NCBI GenBank assembly: GCA_963422375.2
Contig: OY729428.2
Coordinates: forward strand, 128,001-192,000
Direction of reading: 5' to 3'
DNA: 64,000 nucleotides
Source: Bryobacterales bacterium
GTDB lineage: Bacteria; Acidobacteriota; Terriglobia; Bryobacterales; UBA6623
The notes beneath the pieces are model-generated. The model was not told where the DNA came from and did no database searches. It worked only from the letters and a program-made list of their open reading frames with translations. Position numbers and translations under genes: made by a program. Each line of letters opens with the position of its first letter. The stretch's first letter is position 1. This document shows positions 42,722 to 54,243 of this stretch, piece by piece.

Positions 42722-45106
42722 ATGAAGCTCCTCGCGTCCCTGAACCCGCAGCAGCGCGAGGCGGTAATGCATACGGAGGGTCCTCTGCTGATCTTGGCGG
42801 GGGCCGGCAGCGGCAAGACCCGTGTCGTAGTCAGTCGGATCGGCTACCTGATCCTCGAAAGAGGCGTCGCGCCCGAGTCGATTCTCGGCGTCACCTTCAC
42901 TAACAAGGCCGCCGGCGAGATGCGCGAGCGGGTCGAGCGCGTGCTTCGCGAAGGAGGCGCCGCGGGGGAGGCCTTGCCCGCGGTCTCCACGTTCCACTCC
43001 TTCTGCGTCCGCATCCTGCGCCGTCACGGAGCACCCCTAGCGCAGATCCGCCCCGGCTTCACGCCCGGCTTCCTGATCTGCGACGACAGCGACCAGCTCG
43101 GCATTGTCAAGTCCGCCTTGGGCGAGGTCGGCCCGGAGGCCAAGTCGATAAAGCCGCGGGACGCGCTCTCCGCGATCAGCCGCGCCAAGAATCACGGGGT
43201 GGGCGAGGTCCGCCTCCGAGGCACGGACCGGAAACACACCGAGATCCTGAATGCGGTCTACAGCTCTTATCGCGACGAGCTGCTGGAGACCGACGCGCTG
43301 GATTTCGACGACCTGCTCCGCGAGGCAGTCCGCCTGCTGCAGTCCTTCGACGATGTCCGGACTAGGCTCCAGGCCCGCTACCAGTTCCTGCTGGTCGACG
43401 AGTTCCAAGACACCAACAAGGCTCAGTACGAGATCGTCCGGCTGCTGGCGGGGAAGCGCCGGAATATCTGCGTGGTCGGCGACGATGATCAGTCCATCTA
43501 TTCCTGGCGTGGCGCCGAGATCGGCAACATTCTCAATTTCGAGACCGACTACCCCGCGGCGAAGGTCGTTCGGCTGGAGCAGAACTACCGCTCGACCGCG
43601 CGCATCCTCGAGGCGGCGTCCGCCTTGGTCGATCGCAACACACGGCGGCAGAAAAAGCGACTCTGGACTGACGGGCCGCAGGGAGAGCGCCCGGTGCTGT
43701 ATTGCGCACGGGACGGGATCGCCGAGGCCCGCTACGTGGCGGGCGAGATCCGGCGGCTCCTAGAGAGCGACCCGACCGTTCGCGTGGGACTGCTGTACCG
43801 CACGAACTGGCAATCCCGGCCGTTCGAGGAGGCCTTGCGGCAGGAAAACCTGAACTTCCTCCTCGTAGGAGGCGTCGGATTCTACCAGCGAGCGGAAGTC
43901 AGGGACCTACTCGCCTACGTCAAGGCCGCGGCTTCTCCGGATGACGCGGTGAATCTGAGGCGCATCATTAACGTGCCGGCGCGCGGCATCGGCAAGTCCA
44001 CCCTCGGGAAGCTTGAGGAGTTCGCCTCGCAGCACGGGGTCACGCTGTGGAAGGCGATCGAGGAGCATGCCAGCAGGCACCTGCTCGGCGTGCGCGCCCG
44101 CACGGCGCTTGCCCGGTTCCGGTTCCTGATGACGCAGCTGCGGGACGTCGCGAGGTCCGGGCGCGCCGATTCCACCCTGCAGTGGGTGCTCGAGGAGACG
44201 GGTTACCGCCGCACCTTGGAGTCAGACAAGTCTGCGGACTCCGAGGGGCGCCTCGACAATCTGAAGGAACTGATCGGGGCCGCTCGCGAATCAGCCGAGC
44301 GCGGAGAGTCGCTCGCGGAATTCCTCGACTTCGCGGCCCTAGTCTCCGACTCGGACGGGATCGACCAGGCCGCCCGGGTCCTGCTCATGACCCTCCATAA
44401 CGCGAAGGGCCTCGAGTTCCCCGCGGTGGCCTTGGTCGGCATGGACGACGGCCTGCTGCCCCACTCCCGGAGCCTTGCCGCTTCGAGCGAGGCGCTCGAG
44501 GAGGAGCGCAGGCTCTGCTACGTCGGCATGACGCGGGCTCGACGCCACTTGCTGCTCACGCGAGCGGCGTCCCGCAGGCAGTTCGGCGCGAGCGACTCCG
44601 AGGACATGCGACCGTCCCAGTTCCTGAAGGAGATTCCGGTGGGCCTGCTGGAAGATCGCACGCCCCGCGAGGACGTGCCTAGGACCGCTTGGCGCTTTGG
44701 TGCAGACAGGCCCGTTCCCGGCTTCCGCGACCGCGCCAAGCCCCCGGCCGGAACGATCATCACGCACAACTCCGTGTCCGCAGTGGCGGGTTTCTTCAAG
44801 GACCGCGGCATCAACATCGCGGCACAGGCAGGGTCCGGCGCGAAGGAACACGACAGACCGGCAGGAACTTCCCGGGCGGCCGACGGCCGCCCGGGACGGG
44901 CGCGGCCGACCCTGGGCCAAGCGCGCAAGACATTGCGCAGCCAGAGGCCGTTCGCGCGCGGCACCCGCGTGCGCCACAGCCGGTTCGGTGTCGGAGTCGT
45001 GCAGCGTCGCGAGGGCGAGGGGCCCGGAGCGAAGCTCTCGATCTATTTCCGGGACTACGGCTTGAAGAAGCTCGTAGCGGGCTACGCGAACCTGCAGGTC
45101 GAGTGA
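42722..45106 (+). CDS. pcrA: UvrD/PcrA ATP-dependent DNA helicase
   Basis: LAGAGSGKT, TFTNKAA, VDEFQDTN, VGDDDQSIY, LEQNYRS, TLHNAKGLEF, EEERRLCYVGMTRA, C-terminal Tudor-like domain. Confidence 0.93.
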   Translation: MKLLASLNPQQREAVMHTEGPLLILAGAGSGKTRVVVSRIGYLILERGVAPESILGVTFTNKAAGEMRERVERVLREGGAAGEALPAVSTFHSFCVRILRRHGAPLAQIRPGFTPGFLICDDSDQLGIVKSALGEVGPEAKSIKPRDALSAISRAKNHGVGEVRLRGTDRKHTEILNAVYSSYRDELLETDALDFDDLLREAVRLLQSFDDVRTRLQARYQFLLVDEFQDTNKAQYEIVRLLAGKRRNICVVGDDDQSIYSWRGAEIGNILNFETDYPAAKVVRLEQNYRSTARILEAASALVDRNTRRQKKRLWTDGPQGERPVLYCARDGIAEARYVAGEIRRLLESDPTVRVGLLYRTNWQSRPFEEALRQENLNFLLVGGVGFYQRAEVRDLLAYVKAAASPDDAVNLRRIINVPARGIGKSTLGKLEEFASQHGVTLWKAIEEHASRHLLGVRARTALARFRFLMTQLRDVARSGRADSTLQWVLEETGYRRTLESDKSADSEGRLDNLKELIGAARESAERGESLAEFLDFAALVSDSDGIDQAARVLLMTLHNAKGLEFPAVALVGMDDGLLPHSRSLAASSEALEEERRLCYVGMTRARRHLLLTRAASRRQFGASDSEDMRPSQFLKEIPVGLLEDRTPREDVPRTAWRFGADRPVPGFRDRAKPPAGTIITHNSVSAVAGFFKDRGINIAAQAGSGAKEHDRPAGTSRAADGRPGRARPTLGQARKTLRSQRPFARGTRVRHSRFGVGVVQRREGEGPGAKLSIYFRDYGLKKLVAGYANLQVE

Positions 45107-45152
45107 GGCCGGCCCGCGAGCGGGCCGGAACCCTGTCTCCTCGCGGGGCGCT

Positions 45153-45581
45153 TCAGGCGCGCGGGCTCTCGGCCAGCCAAGCCGCCAAAGCCGCGGCGAT
45201 CTCGTCGCGCACCCGCCGGAACAGGGCCATGCGCTCCTCGTCGCTGCCTGTCCCCGCTGCGGGGTCGTCGAAGCTCCAGTGCATCCTGCACACCCGTCCG
45301 GGAAAGACCGGACAGTTCGCAGCCGCCCAGTCGCACACCGTAATGACCGTATCGACGCCCGTGCCGACGTACGCCTCCACGTGCTCCGACTCCTGCGCGC
45401 CGATATCGATTCCGATCTCCGCCATGGCCGCCACGGCATGGGGGTTGAGCCCGTGAGGCGACGTGCCGGCCGAGAGCGCCTCCATGCGGTCCCCCGCCAT
45501 CGACCGCAGCAGCCCCTCCGCCATCTGGCTGCGGCAGGAGTTGCCCGTGCAGAGGAATAAGACGCGAGGCCTGTCCGGCAT
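45153..45581 (-). CDS. arsC: Arsenate reductase, LMW-PTP (thioredoxin) type
   Basis: LFLCTGNSCRSQMAEG, VITVCD...CP.FPG, HWSFDDP. Confidence 0.9.
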   Translation of the reverse strand: MPDRPRVLFLCTGNSCRSQMAEGLLRSMAGDRMEALSAGTSPHGLNPHAVAAMAEIGIDIGAQESEHVEAYVGTGVDTVITVCDWAAANCPVFPGRVCRMHWSFDDPAAGTGSDEERMALFRRVRDEIAAALAAWLAESPRA

Positions 45582-45592
45582 CGCGGGCAAGC

Positions 45593-46450
45593 CTACAGGC
45601 CCGGCGAGGGCTTGGCGTTCTTGAGACTGTTGAGTTCCGTGCGGGCGTGGGGGGCCACGTTCGAGGACGGGAAGCGGTCCAGCACCGACTGGAAGGACTT
45701 GGCGGCCTCGTCGTTGCGACGGAGCTTTACTAGGGACAGACCGAGCTTGTATATCGCGTCCGGCGCGAGCTTGCTGAGGGGGTACCTCCGGTACACCTGG
45801 TCGAACTGCCGCGCGGCTTCGTCGTAGTCCGCGGCCGAATAGTAGGTCTCGGCTAGGTAGAATTGCGCGTCGCCGGCCTTCGACTGGTTGGGATGCAGGG
45901 CGAGGTAGTCCATGAACTGCAGACGTGCGTTCTCGATATTGCCGCGCATGTAGTCGCTCATGCCGCCCTCGAAGATGGCGTCGCCGGCATTGGACGCGGT
46001 CTCGTCAGCCCGGATTTCCCCCTCCGCGCTGCCCGGGCCGGGGATGGTAGTGAGGTGCGTCTTGATGTCGCGGACGTCCGCGTGGAGCCGGTCGACCGTC
46101 ACGCCGATTTCCTCGACCGTCGCGCGAAGGATGGCGAACTGCGTCGTCAGGGCGTCGACCCTGGCCGCGGTAGACCGCTGGGGCTCGGTGAGCCCGTCAT
46201 CCAAGGCAGCCACCCCGCGCTCGATCACGGCCAGCCCGGCCGTGACGGTGTCCTGCTGCTCGGTGACCTGCCTGACCAATGCTTCCACGCCAACCAAGCG
46301 GTCCGAGGTCTTCTCCTCCAGCTGCCGCAGCACGTCCTGCAGCAGCGCCATGTCCCGCTGCAGCTGGACAAGCTCTTTCCTCTGCCCTGTAGCACTCGGC
46401 AGCAGCAACGAGCAGCACGCGAGCAGCAAGGCTAGCCGTTTGAACCACAC
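45593..46450 (-). CDS. cpoB: Tol-Pal protein CpoB/YbgF
   Basis: Signal peptide, coiled coil, C-terminal TPRs (DAQFYLAE, APDAIYKLG); directly downstream of pal. Confidence 0.85.
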   Translation of the reverse strand: MWFKRLALLLACCSLLLPSATGQRKELVQLQRDMALLQDVLRQLEEKTSDRLVGVEALVRQVTEQQDTVTAGLAVIERGVAALDDGLTEPQRSTAARVDALTTQFAILRATVEEIGVTVDRLHADVRDIKTHLTTIPGPGSAEGEIRADETASNAGDAIFEGGMSDYMRGNIENARLQFMDYLALHPNQSKAGDAQFYLAETYYSAADYDEAARQFDQVYRRYPLSKLAPDAIYKLGLSLVKLRRNDEAAKSFQSVLDRFPSSNVAPHARTELNSLKNAKPSPGL

Positions 46451-46641
46451 AAATCACCTCCCTCGGGAACGCGAGTGGCGGTGTCCACCGCTGCAGTTCT
46501 TCGAGCAATGGGCACGGCCGACCGCGCCGACCGCAGGGACACGCATCTCTCGGCTCCCTAGCGGGCCGGCGACCCGTCCGACCCCACGGCCGGACGGGTC
46601 AGGCGCGATGCCGACGGAACCCATAGGCACGCACCGCCCTG

Positions 46642-47409
46642 CTAGCGGAGCCTCAGGTGGGCGCGTCGGTTGCGCTGGTAGCAGCTCTCGTCCTCGTCCG
46701 TGCAGACCGGGCGCTCCTCGCCTAGGCTGACCTTCGACAGCTTGCTGGCGGGAATTCCCAAGTTCACGAGAAAGTCCACCGCCGCTGTCGAGCGCCGGTC
46801 GCCCAAGGCGAGGTTGTACTCGGTCGTGCCGCGCTCGTCGCAATGGCCCTCTACCAAGAAGGCCGCCGCGGGGTAGTCCTCGAGCAGCTTCTCGAGGGCC
46901 CCCGCGTTCCCGCGTAGCGCGTCGGCCGCGTCCGGCCGGATATCGCTCTTGTCGTAGTCGAATAGCGCGTCGCGCACGCTGCTCGAGCTGAACGCTTCGG
47001 AGAGATCCGGCTTCGGGGGCGGGGGCGGGGGGGGCGGGGGCGGGGCTCGCACGGTCACCATCGCCGACCCGGTGGCTGTCTTGCCGTCAGCGTTCTTCAC
47101 CGTGATGGTGTACTCCGTGGAGCGGGTCGGGAAGACTTCCCTGCTGCCGCTCGTGGCGATTGGCCCGATGCCCTGATTCAGTTCGGCGCTGGCCGCGTTG
47201 GTCGAGCTCCACGTGAGCGTCGCGGACTTGCCGCGCTCGATGGAGCTCGGCTCGGCAGTAATGCTGACGCTGGGCGCGGGCGCCTCGGGCGGGGGCGGGG
47301 GCGGGGGCGGGGGCGGCGTCGGGGGCGGGACTTCCTTCTTGCAGCCCAACGCGAAAAGCGCTAGAAACACGCCAACCGCGATCACGGTGATTCGGTTACT
47401 TGACCGCAT
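46642..47409 (-). CDS. pal: Peptidoglycan-associated lipoprotein Pal with Ig-like insert and poly-Pro linkers
   Basis: Lipobox ALGC; FDYDKSDI, EGHCDERGT.EYNLALG.RR, SLGEERP, NRRA. Confidence 0.92.
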   Translation of the reverse strand: MRSSNRITVIAVGVFLALFALGCKKEVPPPTPPPPPPPPPPEAPAPSVSITAEPSSIERGKSATLTWSSTNAASAELNQGIGPIATSGSREVFPTRSTEYTITVKNADGKTATGSAMVTVRAPPPPPPPPPPKPDLSEAFSSSSVRDALFDYDKSDIRPDAADALRGNAGALEKLLEDYPAAAFLVEGHCDERGTTEYNLALGDRRSTAAVDFLVNLGIPASKLSKVSLGEERPVCTDEDESCYQRNRRAHLRLR

Positions 47410-47519
47410 GTGAACTTCTGGTCCTCCATCTTCGTCACCGCTAGCAGGCGGTGACCGCTAAGCACACTAGCTTACAACAGATAGAATACCGCATCCGCGA
47501 TCGCCGCGGAGAGAAGTTC

Positions 47520-48899
47520 TCACCTCGACGCCCACAGCGGCGTTTCGTTGTCTCCCTTGCTGGTCAGCTGCCTGATCTGCGTGCCGTCGACGCGCATCGA
47601 CCAGATCTGCGTCCGGCCTAGGCGGTCGGAGGCGAACACGACGTGGGTGCCGCTCGGCGAGAACGTCGGATGCTCGTTGCGCCCCCGGCTGTGCGTCAGC
47701 TGCGTGTACCGCCCGCTCGCCACGTCGAGCAGGAAGATGTTGTAGTTGCCGATCTCGTAGCCCCTCGTCCAAGCGAAGGCAAGACGCTCCCCGGTGGGAT
47801 CCCAGGCCGGCTGCACGGCGTCCCCGCCCCCTCCCGAGACCCGGCGGCGGTTCGAGCCGGCGACATCCATGATGTAGACTTGCGGCTCGCCCGACGCGTC
47901 CGAGACGAAGGCGATCTGGGTCCCGGTCTTGGGGTTCACCGCGGGATCCACGTCGATCGACTCGGAATACGAAACTCGCCGCAGGTTTCCCCCGTCGGTG
48001 TCCGCCCGGTAGATCTGGCTCCGCCCGGAAAGCGACGAGGCGAAGTAGATCGTGCCGCCGTCGGGAGCGAAGCTGGGCGTTGTGTTCAGCGAGGCATCCT
48101 GGTTGTAGAACTGGAGCTTGCGACGCGACTCCAATGAATGCACGTAGATCTTCGGAATGCCCTCTAGGAAGGTGGTGAATGCTATGCGGCGGCCGTCCGG
48201 CGACACGGCCGGTGTGAGGCAGAGGCTGCGATAGCTGGTGATGGGCTCCTTGTTGCGTCCGTCGTAGTCCATCGCCCAAATTTCCTTGCGGTCGTCTCCC
48301 TCGTCCCTGTGGACGTAGTAGATCCGCGTGCCCGCCAGCCCCTGCCCGAGCCCTAGGTTCCGGAGGACATCGCGGGCGAAATCGAAGGCCATGCCACGTG
48401 CGCTGGCCGGGGTGGCCTCTCCGAAGTAGCGCTTGCCGAACACGTAAGACGCCTCCGCCGACTCCTGCGTCACGTCGGCCACGAAGCCGGACAGCGCGAG
48501 GCGGCCGCCCGCGTCCTCGATGCCCCCGTAGACCAAGTACCGCGCCTGCACGGGCACGTCGCTCCAGCCGAGCAGCCACAGGCCTCGTCCCCCGGGATCC
48601 TTCGGCATACCGGCCTCGTCCTCGCGAATGTCGCGCGGGGCGCGCGGGGCGCTGCGCGGGTAGAAGGAGCGCGGCGCGAGTTCGAGCCGTCCAGAGGACT
48701 CCAGCGCCTTCCAGAGCTCGTCGTTGAACTGGTCTACCGAGCCCGCCGCGCCGATCGGGCCGTGGATCCGGGCCACGGCCATGCGCGGGTCGCGCTGCTC
48801 GTCCCTGATTTCGATGACCGCGTCGGGGTTGCGCTGGGCCGGGAGCACGAGCGTCCCGGCCAGAACCGTCCCTGCGCAGAAGGTCAGTCGCCGCTTCAT
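47520..48899 (-). CDS. tolB: TolB beta-propeller protein
   Basis: PD40 repeats (P..SPDG..IAF), MDYDG; operon position. Confidence 0.9.
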   Translation of the reverse strand: MKRRLTFCAGTVLAGTLVLPAQRNPDAVIEIRDEQRDPRMAVARIHGPIGAAGSVDQFNDELWKALESSGRLELAPRSFYPRSAPRAPRDIREDEAGMPKDPGGRGLWLLGWSDVPVQARYLVYGGIEDAGGRLALSGFVADVTQESAEASYVFGKRYFGEATPASARGMAFDFARDVLRNLGLGQGLAGTRIYYVHRDEGDDRKEIWAMDYDGRNKEPITSYRSLCLTPAVSPDGRRIAFTTFLEGIPKIYVHSLESRRKLQFYNQDASLNTTPSFAPDGGTIYFASSLSGRSQIYRADTDGGNLRRVSYSESIDVDPAVNPKTGTQIAFVSDASGEPQVYIMDVAGSNRRRVSGGGGDAVQPAWDPTGERLAFAWTRGYEIGNYNIFLLDVASGRYTQLTHSRGRNEHPTFSPSGTHVVFASDRLGRTQIWSMRVDGTQIRQLTSKGDNETPLWASR

Positions 48900-48936
48900 G
48901 CTGTGTATTCCTCCGTTGCGATCCGGGACCCAAGCG

Positions 48937-49731
48937 TCATTGGAGCCGGAAGTTCATCTCGATGACGATCGATCCCCTGCCCAGCCCGGCGGGCAGCGCC
49001 CTCACCGGGCTCGCGTTGCGGATGGCCCGCAGCGCCGAGATGTCCAGCGAGCGGTTCCCGCTGGACTCCGCGATGCGGACCTCCGTGATCTCGCCGCTGC
49101 GCTGGATGGCGAAAGAGGTCACGACCGGCTTCGCCGAGCCGCCCGCGACCTGCCCCAGCGTCCGCCGCCACTGCTCTCCGACAGCCCGCTGCAGAATCTG
49201 TGCGTACCATGCAAAGCGCTTGCCGAACGGGCCGCCCTGCTTGCCGCCGAAGCCCACCCCGCCCCCGCCGGCGCGATAGAGGTCGCTGCTGAGGGTCGCA
49301 CCCAGGGACGAGCGCAGCTCGTTGGCCTTGGCCTCGCCCGCGCTCCGCTGGCCGACGGACCGCTCCTGCTGCTTTTGGTCCTGCCTGCGCTTGGCCGCAG
49401 GAGGCACGGGAGCGGGCGCCGGGGTGTCCGCAGGCGGCTCGGGCGGCGCGATCTCAGTCGACCGCTGGAACTTCGGCGGGGCGGGCACGTTGTGCCGGGT
49501 GGGGTTGGCGAGCGGGTTGGGCACGTCCGCCCGGGCGACGTTGATCGGGACGCTGCTGACAGCGACGATCCCGCCGCCGCCGGCCGGATCCGGTGAGCCC
49601 AGTTCGATCGACGGGTTGAACACCCCCCAAGCAACCGAGGCCGCGAGCAGTAGGCCGTGGCACGACAGCGACACCGCGAGCGGGCCTCGCAGGGCCTCCG
49701 GGCTCTCGGCGACCGTGCGCACCGCGTCCAT
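48937..49731 (-). CDS. tolA: TolA/TonB-family energy transducer
   Basis: TM with SxxxH, Pro-rich linker, C-terminal F.I.RSG.I...SSGN..LD.SA.RAI. Confidence 0.75.
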   Translation of the reverse strand: MDAVRTVAESPEALRGPLAVSLSCHGLLLAASVAWGVFNPSIELGSPDPAGGGGIVAVSSVPINVARADVPNPLANPTRHNVPAPPKFQRSTEIAPPEPPADTPAPAPVPPAAKRRQDQKQQERSVGQRSAGEAKANELRSSLGATLSSDLYRAGGGGVGFGGKQGGPFGKRFAWYAQILQRAVGEQWRRTLGQVAGGSAKPVVTSFAIQRSGEITEVRIAESSGNRSLDISALRAIRNASPVRALPAGLGRGSIVIEMNFRLQ

Positions 49732-49747
49732 CGGCTGGCTCGCTGAC

Positions 49748-50147
<400 letters not shown>

Positions 50148-50173
<26 letters not shown>

Positions 50174-50969
50174 CCTCGGCTCCGTAGTCTCGTTCCGCGA
50201 GATTGAAGAACTCCAGACCGAAGTCCTGCATGCGCGAGCGGATCTCGCGCAGCCTCTCCGAGAGCATGTTGTAAAAGATCAGGGCCGGAATCGCGGCGAA
50301 GAGCCCGAGCGCCGTAGCCAGCAGCGCCTCCGCGATTCCCGGCGCGACGGCCCGCAGCGTCGCGCCGCTCGCCTGGCCGAGCCCGCGAAACGCCTCCAGC
50401 ACGCCCCAGACCGTGCCGAACAGACCGATGAACGGCGCGGCGGAAGCGGTCGTCGCCAGCAGGCCCAGCTTGCTCTGCAGCCGGGAGGTCTCCTCGCTGA
50501 CCGCGAGCGCGAGCGCGCGGTCGACCGAGGCGGGGTTGCGAACCAGGCCGTGCGTGTTGACTTGGCGCGCCACCTCGGCGTAGCCGTAGTCGAAGACCGT
50601 GGCTACGGGCGAAGGCCGGTATTGGGCGGTGGCGGCATTGATGTCGGCAATGCTCTCGGCCTTGCGGAACACGCGCCGGAACCTGCGGTTGAGGGTGACG
50701 GCGTTGCCGAGGAGCTTGAACTTCGAGTAGGCGACGGCCCAAGACGCCACCGACAGCGCCGCGAGGATCAGGAAGACGGCGAATCCGACCGGGCCGACCT
50801 CGAGCACGAGGCCCAGCAGCGTCGACTGCTCCACGGCAGCGGCGACTTCCTCGGCCGCGGTGTCGGTCCCCGCAGCTTCGTCTGCAGCGGCCTGCAGCAA
50901 GAATGCGAACGCTGGCGCGTCGAGCAATACGGCACCTCGTGGCGGGCGGATCCAAGCGGCCGGCGCCAC
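50148..50969 (-). CDS. tolQ: TolQ/ExbB (MotA family) proton channel
   Basis: APFIGLFGTVWG, VAPGIAEAL.ATALGLFAAIPA. Confidence 0.9.
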
Positions 50970-51240
50970 GGCCCACCTTCCATGATCGTACTACATTCAT
51001 GCCGTAGATTGTTGTGCCCACCCCCGCACCACCTACTTTGACGCACGACGGACGCCGGCCGTTCCGCCGGTAGGTCCGCGCGCGGGGCCTGCCGACACGA
51101 GCTACCGACACTCCGGAGGGGCCGAGCGGCGGGGCAGGTATTCTGGGGCCTGCCACGCTTGAGGACGGAATCGCGGGCTCGCGGCGAGCCTCTCGCGCGC
51201 CGTCGCCGAACGCGCCGCGCACCGGGGGACCCGCCGGAGA

Positions 51241-52914
51241 ATGCTCCAAGAACTCGACGTCGACAGCTACGCGGTCGTGGACCGGCTCCGCTTGGCATTC
51301 CAGCCCGGGCTGAACATCCTCACCGGCGAGACCGGCAGCGGCAAGTCGATCGTCGTCGGGTCTCTCGCCCTCCTGCTCGGCAGCCGCGCCAGCGCCGACC
51401 TCGTGCGCTCCGGAGCGCGGCGCGCGCGCGTCTCGGGCCGCTTCGACGCGCCGCGGGACAGAGCGGCGCTGGACAGGCTCTCCTCGGCGGGGATCGAGTG
51501 CGACGGCGACGAATTGATCGTCGAACGCCAGGTTCTCGCGTCCGGCAAGAGCCGCGCGTACGTGAACGGCTCTCCGGCCACGGTCGGGCTGCTGCGCGAC
51601 CTAGCGCCGCATCTCGGGGACATTCACGGGCAGCACGAGCAGCAGACGCTGCTCTCCGCGGCGCACCAGCTGCAGCTGCTGGACGCCTTCGCCGGAACGG
51701 CCGGCGACGCCGCGGAGCTGCGGGCCCTGCATCGCCGCTGGCGCCGGACAGGCGAGGCGCTGGCCAAGCTCAGGGGCAGCGAACGGGAGCGGTTGCGCCG
51801 CATCGACCTGCTGCGCTACCAAGTGGGCGAGATCCGCGACACCGCCGTCCGCCCGGGCGAGGACCGGGATCTGGAAGTCGAGCTGCAGCGGCTGTCCAAC
51901 GCCGAGCAGCTGCGTCGGTGCGGATTCGCAGCCTGCGAGGCACTGTACGACGCGGAGACGTCGGCGTCCTCGCGGATCAAGGCCGCTATCGACGCCCTGG
52001 GCGCGGTCGCGGCCGACGGCGGGCCCTTCGAGCGATTCGCCGCGAGCCTGGAGGACACCCGCAGCGCGGTGGACGACGTCGCCTTCGAGCTGCGCTCGTG
52101 CGCCGACCGACTCTGCTCCGACCCGCAGAGGCAAGAAGAGGTCGAGAACCGCCTAGCGGCGCTGGAGAGACTACAGCGCAAGTACGGACCGTCCCTCGAG
52201 GAGGTGCTGGAGTTCGCAGAGAGGTCCGAGCGGGAGCTCGGACAGCTGGCCGGCAGCGACGCCGAATCCGAACGCCTCGAACAGGATTTGCAAGAGGCCG
52301 CGACGGACTACGAGAGGCGCTCGTCCGACTTGTCGCTGAGACGGCGCAGAGCGGCGAGCGAACTGTCCACACGGACGGAGGAACAGCTCCGCGATCTCGC
52401 GCTGGCCAAGGCGCGCTTCGAGGTCGCCGTGGACGAGCTGGCCGGGTGGTCGGCTAACGGCGTCGACAGGGCGGCGCTGCGCTTCTCGGCCAATCCGGGC
52501 CAGCCGCCGAGGCCGCTGGGGCAGGCCGCTTCGGGCGGCGAGCTGTCGCGGATCGCTCTCGCCCTCAAGACCTGCCTGGAGGAAACAGGCACCGACGGGC
52601 CGTACCGGCGGACGCTCGTGTTCGACGAGATCGACACCGGGGTCGGCGGGGGCGTCGCGGATGCGATCGGGCGGCGCTTCCGGAAGCTCTCGGCGGGACA
52701 CCAGCTTCTCTGCGTGACCCACCTGCCCCAGATCGCTCGCTTCGCCGACGCCCACTTCCACGTCGCGAAATCCGAATCCGAGGAGCGCTCGAGCGCCACG
52801 GTGGCCGAGCTCGGCGAGGCGCAGCGCGTCGAGGAGCTGGCGCGGATGCTCTCCGGCGCCGAGATCAGCGCGGCGGCAATCGAGAACGCCCGGCAGCTGC
52901 TGCTGTCGCCCTAG
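51241..52914 (+). CDS. recN: DNA repair protein RecN
   Basis: LTGETGSGKS, DIHGQHE, ASGGELSR, FDEIDTGVGG, VTHLPQIA. Confidence 0.95.
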   Translation: MLQELDVDSYAVVDRLRLAFQPGLNILTGETGSGKSIVVGSLALLLGSRASADLVRSGARRARVSGRFDAPRDRAALDRLSSAGIECDGDELIVERQVLASGKSRAYVNGSPATVGLLRDLAPHLGDIHGQHEQQTLLSAAHQLQLLDAFAGTAGDAAELRALHRRWRRTGEALAKLRGSERERLRRIDLLRYQVGEIRDTAVRPGEDRDLEVELQRLSNAEQLRRCGFAACEALYDAETSASSRIKAAIDALGAVAADGGPFERFAASLEDTRSAVDDVAFELRSCADRLCSDPQRQEEVENRLAALERLQRKYGPSLEEVLEFAERSERELGQLAGSDAESERLEQDLQEAATDYERRSSDLSLRRRRAASELSTRTEEQLRDLALAKARFEVAVDELAGWSANGVDRAALRFSANPGQPPRPLGQAASGGELSRIALALKTCLEETGTDGPYRRTLVFDEIDTGVGGGVADAIGRRFRKLSAGHQLLCVTHLPQIARFADAHFHVAKSESEERSSATVAELGEAQRVEELARMLSGAEISAAAIENARQLLLSP

Positions 52915-53098
52915 CCCTGACCGTACAAGGCCCTGTCTCGCGAGGCCGGGACCGGGCGAGCACCCGGGCGGCTCCAACCCGGACTAGGCGGAATCTCCGT
53001 GGCTACGCTTCACATCGATTAGTCGGTGGCACATGGTTGCAATCGAGTTGCCACACGAGAATGGCAGGAAGCGGCCATCCCGCTAGAGGCCGCCCGCG

Positions 53099-53700
53099 GT
53101 GCTCACAGGCCGAGATCCTGATGCCGCATTGACTTCCGAGAGTTTCCGTGGCAGCGATGTGCCAAATGCTGCCGTGCGAGTCCGATACTACGAATCCGAC
53201 AGGCCATTAGCACGGTTGGGTTTCAACACCGGAGCGATAGCAGATGCCGAGGGTAGTAGCTTCCTTCTGCATTGCGTCGCGCTGAATCTTCCCGTTGTAG
53301 TTGCGGCTCACACAAGGACCCACGTGGCAACATGATCATGTCGGGTTACGATAAAGATTGGCGGTGAAGAGCCACTTCCAGCTATTTTGCTTGACGATTC
53401 CGGGGCTATCGTGGTCGTGAGGGTCCTCGACACGCAACGTCAACCTGTTGCCGGGGCCTCAGTACTGCTTCTGGCAGATCCAGCTGGACTGCCGGACGAG
53501 GCAAGGCGTTCACGTTAGCATCGGAGATCCTTCCATCAGGGCGCTGTGACATCTGCTCTCGGAGTCGTTCGCTTCGCGGGCGTTCATCAAGGCCGAGTTG
53601 TCGTCAGGTCCAAGGCCCACGAGGAAACCGTAGAGCGGCGTGCGGCGCGGCCTAGGAACCAAGAGCCGCTACGCGTCACGCTGAGTGTTCTACGACACCT
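53099..53700 (+). pseudogene. Decayed lower-GC gene, possibly carboxypeptidase-regulatory-like domains
   Basis: Fragments VPNAAVRV...ADAEG and VRVLDTQRQPVAGASVLL separated by stops. Confidence 0.35.
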
Positions 53701-53850
53701 GCCCGATCTGGCTCGGTCTGCGACGCGACATCGTTCGGATCTTCCTTCGCGCGGTCCTGGCTTGGTGAGATCTGCCTCGCCACCAGCAGCCGCCCCGCTG
53801 CAAGCCGCGGTCAAGGCGGGCTGGCCCCACATGGAAACAGCGCCCACTAG

Positions 53851-54243
53851 CCCGGATTATTCATAAGTAGCCCGGAGGGCCATAGCCCGGTCCCTCCGCC
53901 CCGGCCGTGAGGGCCTCCGGTCCAGCGCGATCCTCGCTCCTACGAGTGCCCTGCGATTCCCGGCGGCAACCCCGGCCCGGTCCGGATGAGATCCCAGTTT
54001 ATAAACTGAAACTGTTTTCCACCGGAGGTTTATGTTGAATGCATCGTCGCATCCGCAGCTTCCCAAGGCGTTCCGTTCCGCAATGCGCCCCGTCGCCTTC
54101 CCCCTTCGATCACGAGCGCCGCAGCTCCGACGGCGGCGCTGTCCCGGTCGAGGCCGCCGACCGCGCTCCCGGCCTCACCGCGGCTTTCGCCGACTGCCTG
54201 CGCGACCGGCGCCAGCCTTCCAAGGTGCTCCACTCCCTCGCCG
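53851..54243 (+). mobile_element. 5' remnant of an IS1380-family element
   Basis: FDHERRSSDGGAV..EAADR..GLTAAFADCLRDRRQPSKVLHSL matches the IS1380 N-terminus; candidate left end CCCGGATTATTCAT at 53851. Confidence 0.7.

Noticed and set aside
47015..47330. GGGGGC-type runs as regulatory repeats or G-quadruplexes
   Set aside because: They encode the poly-proline linkers of Pal
47434..47455. Hairpin GTCACCGC-N6-GCGGTGAC between tolB and pal as a terminator
   Set aside because: No U-tract on the coding strand; an 8-bp GC stem is weak evidence alone
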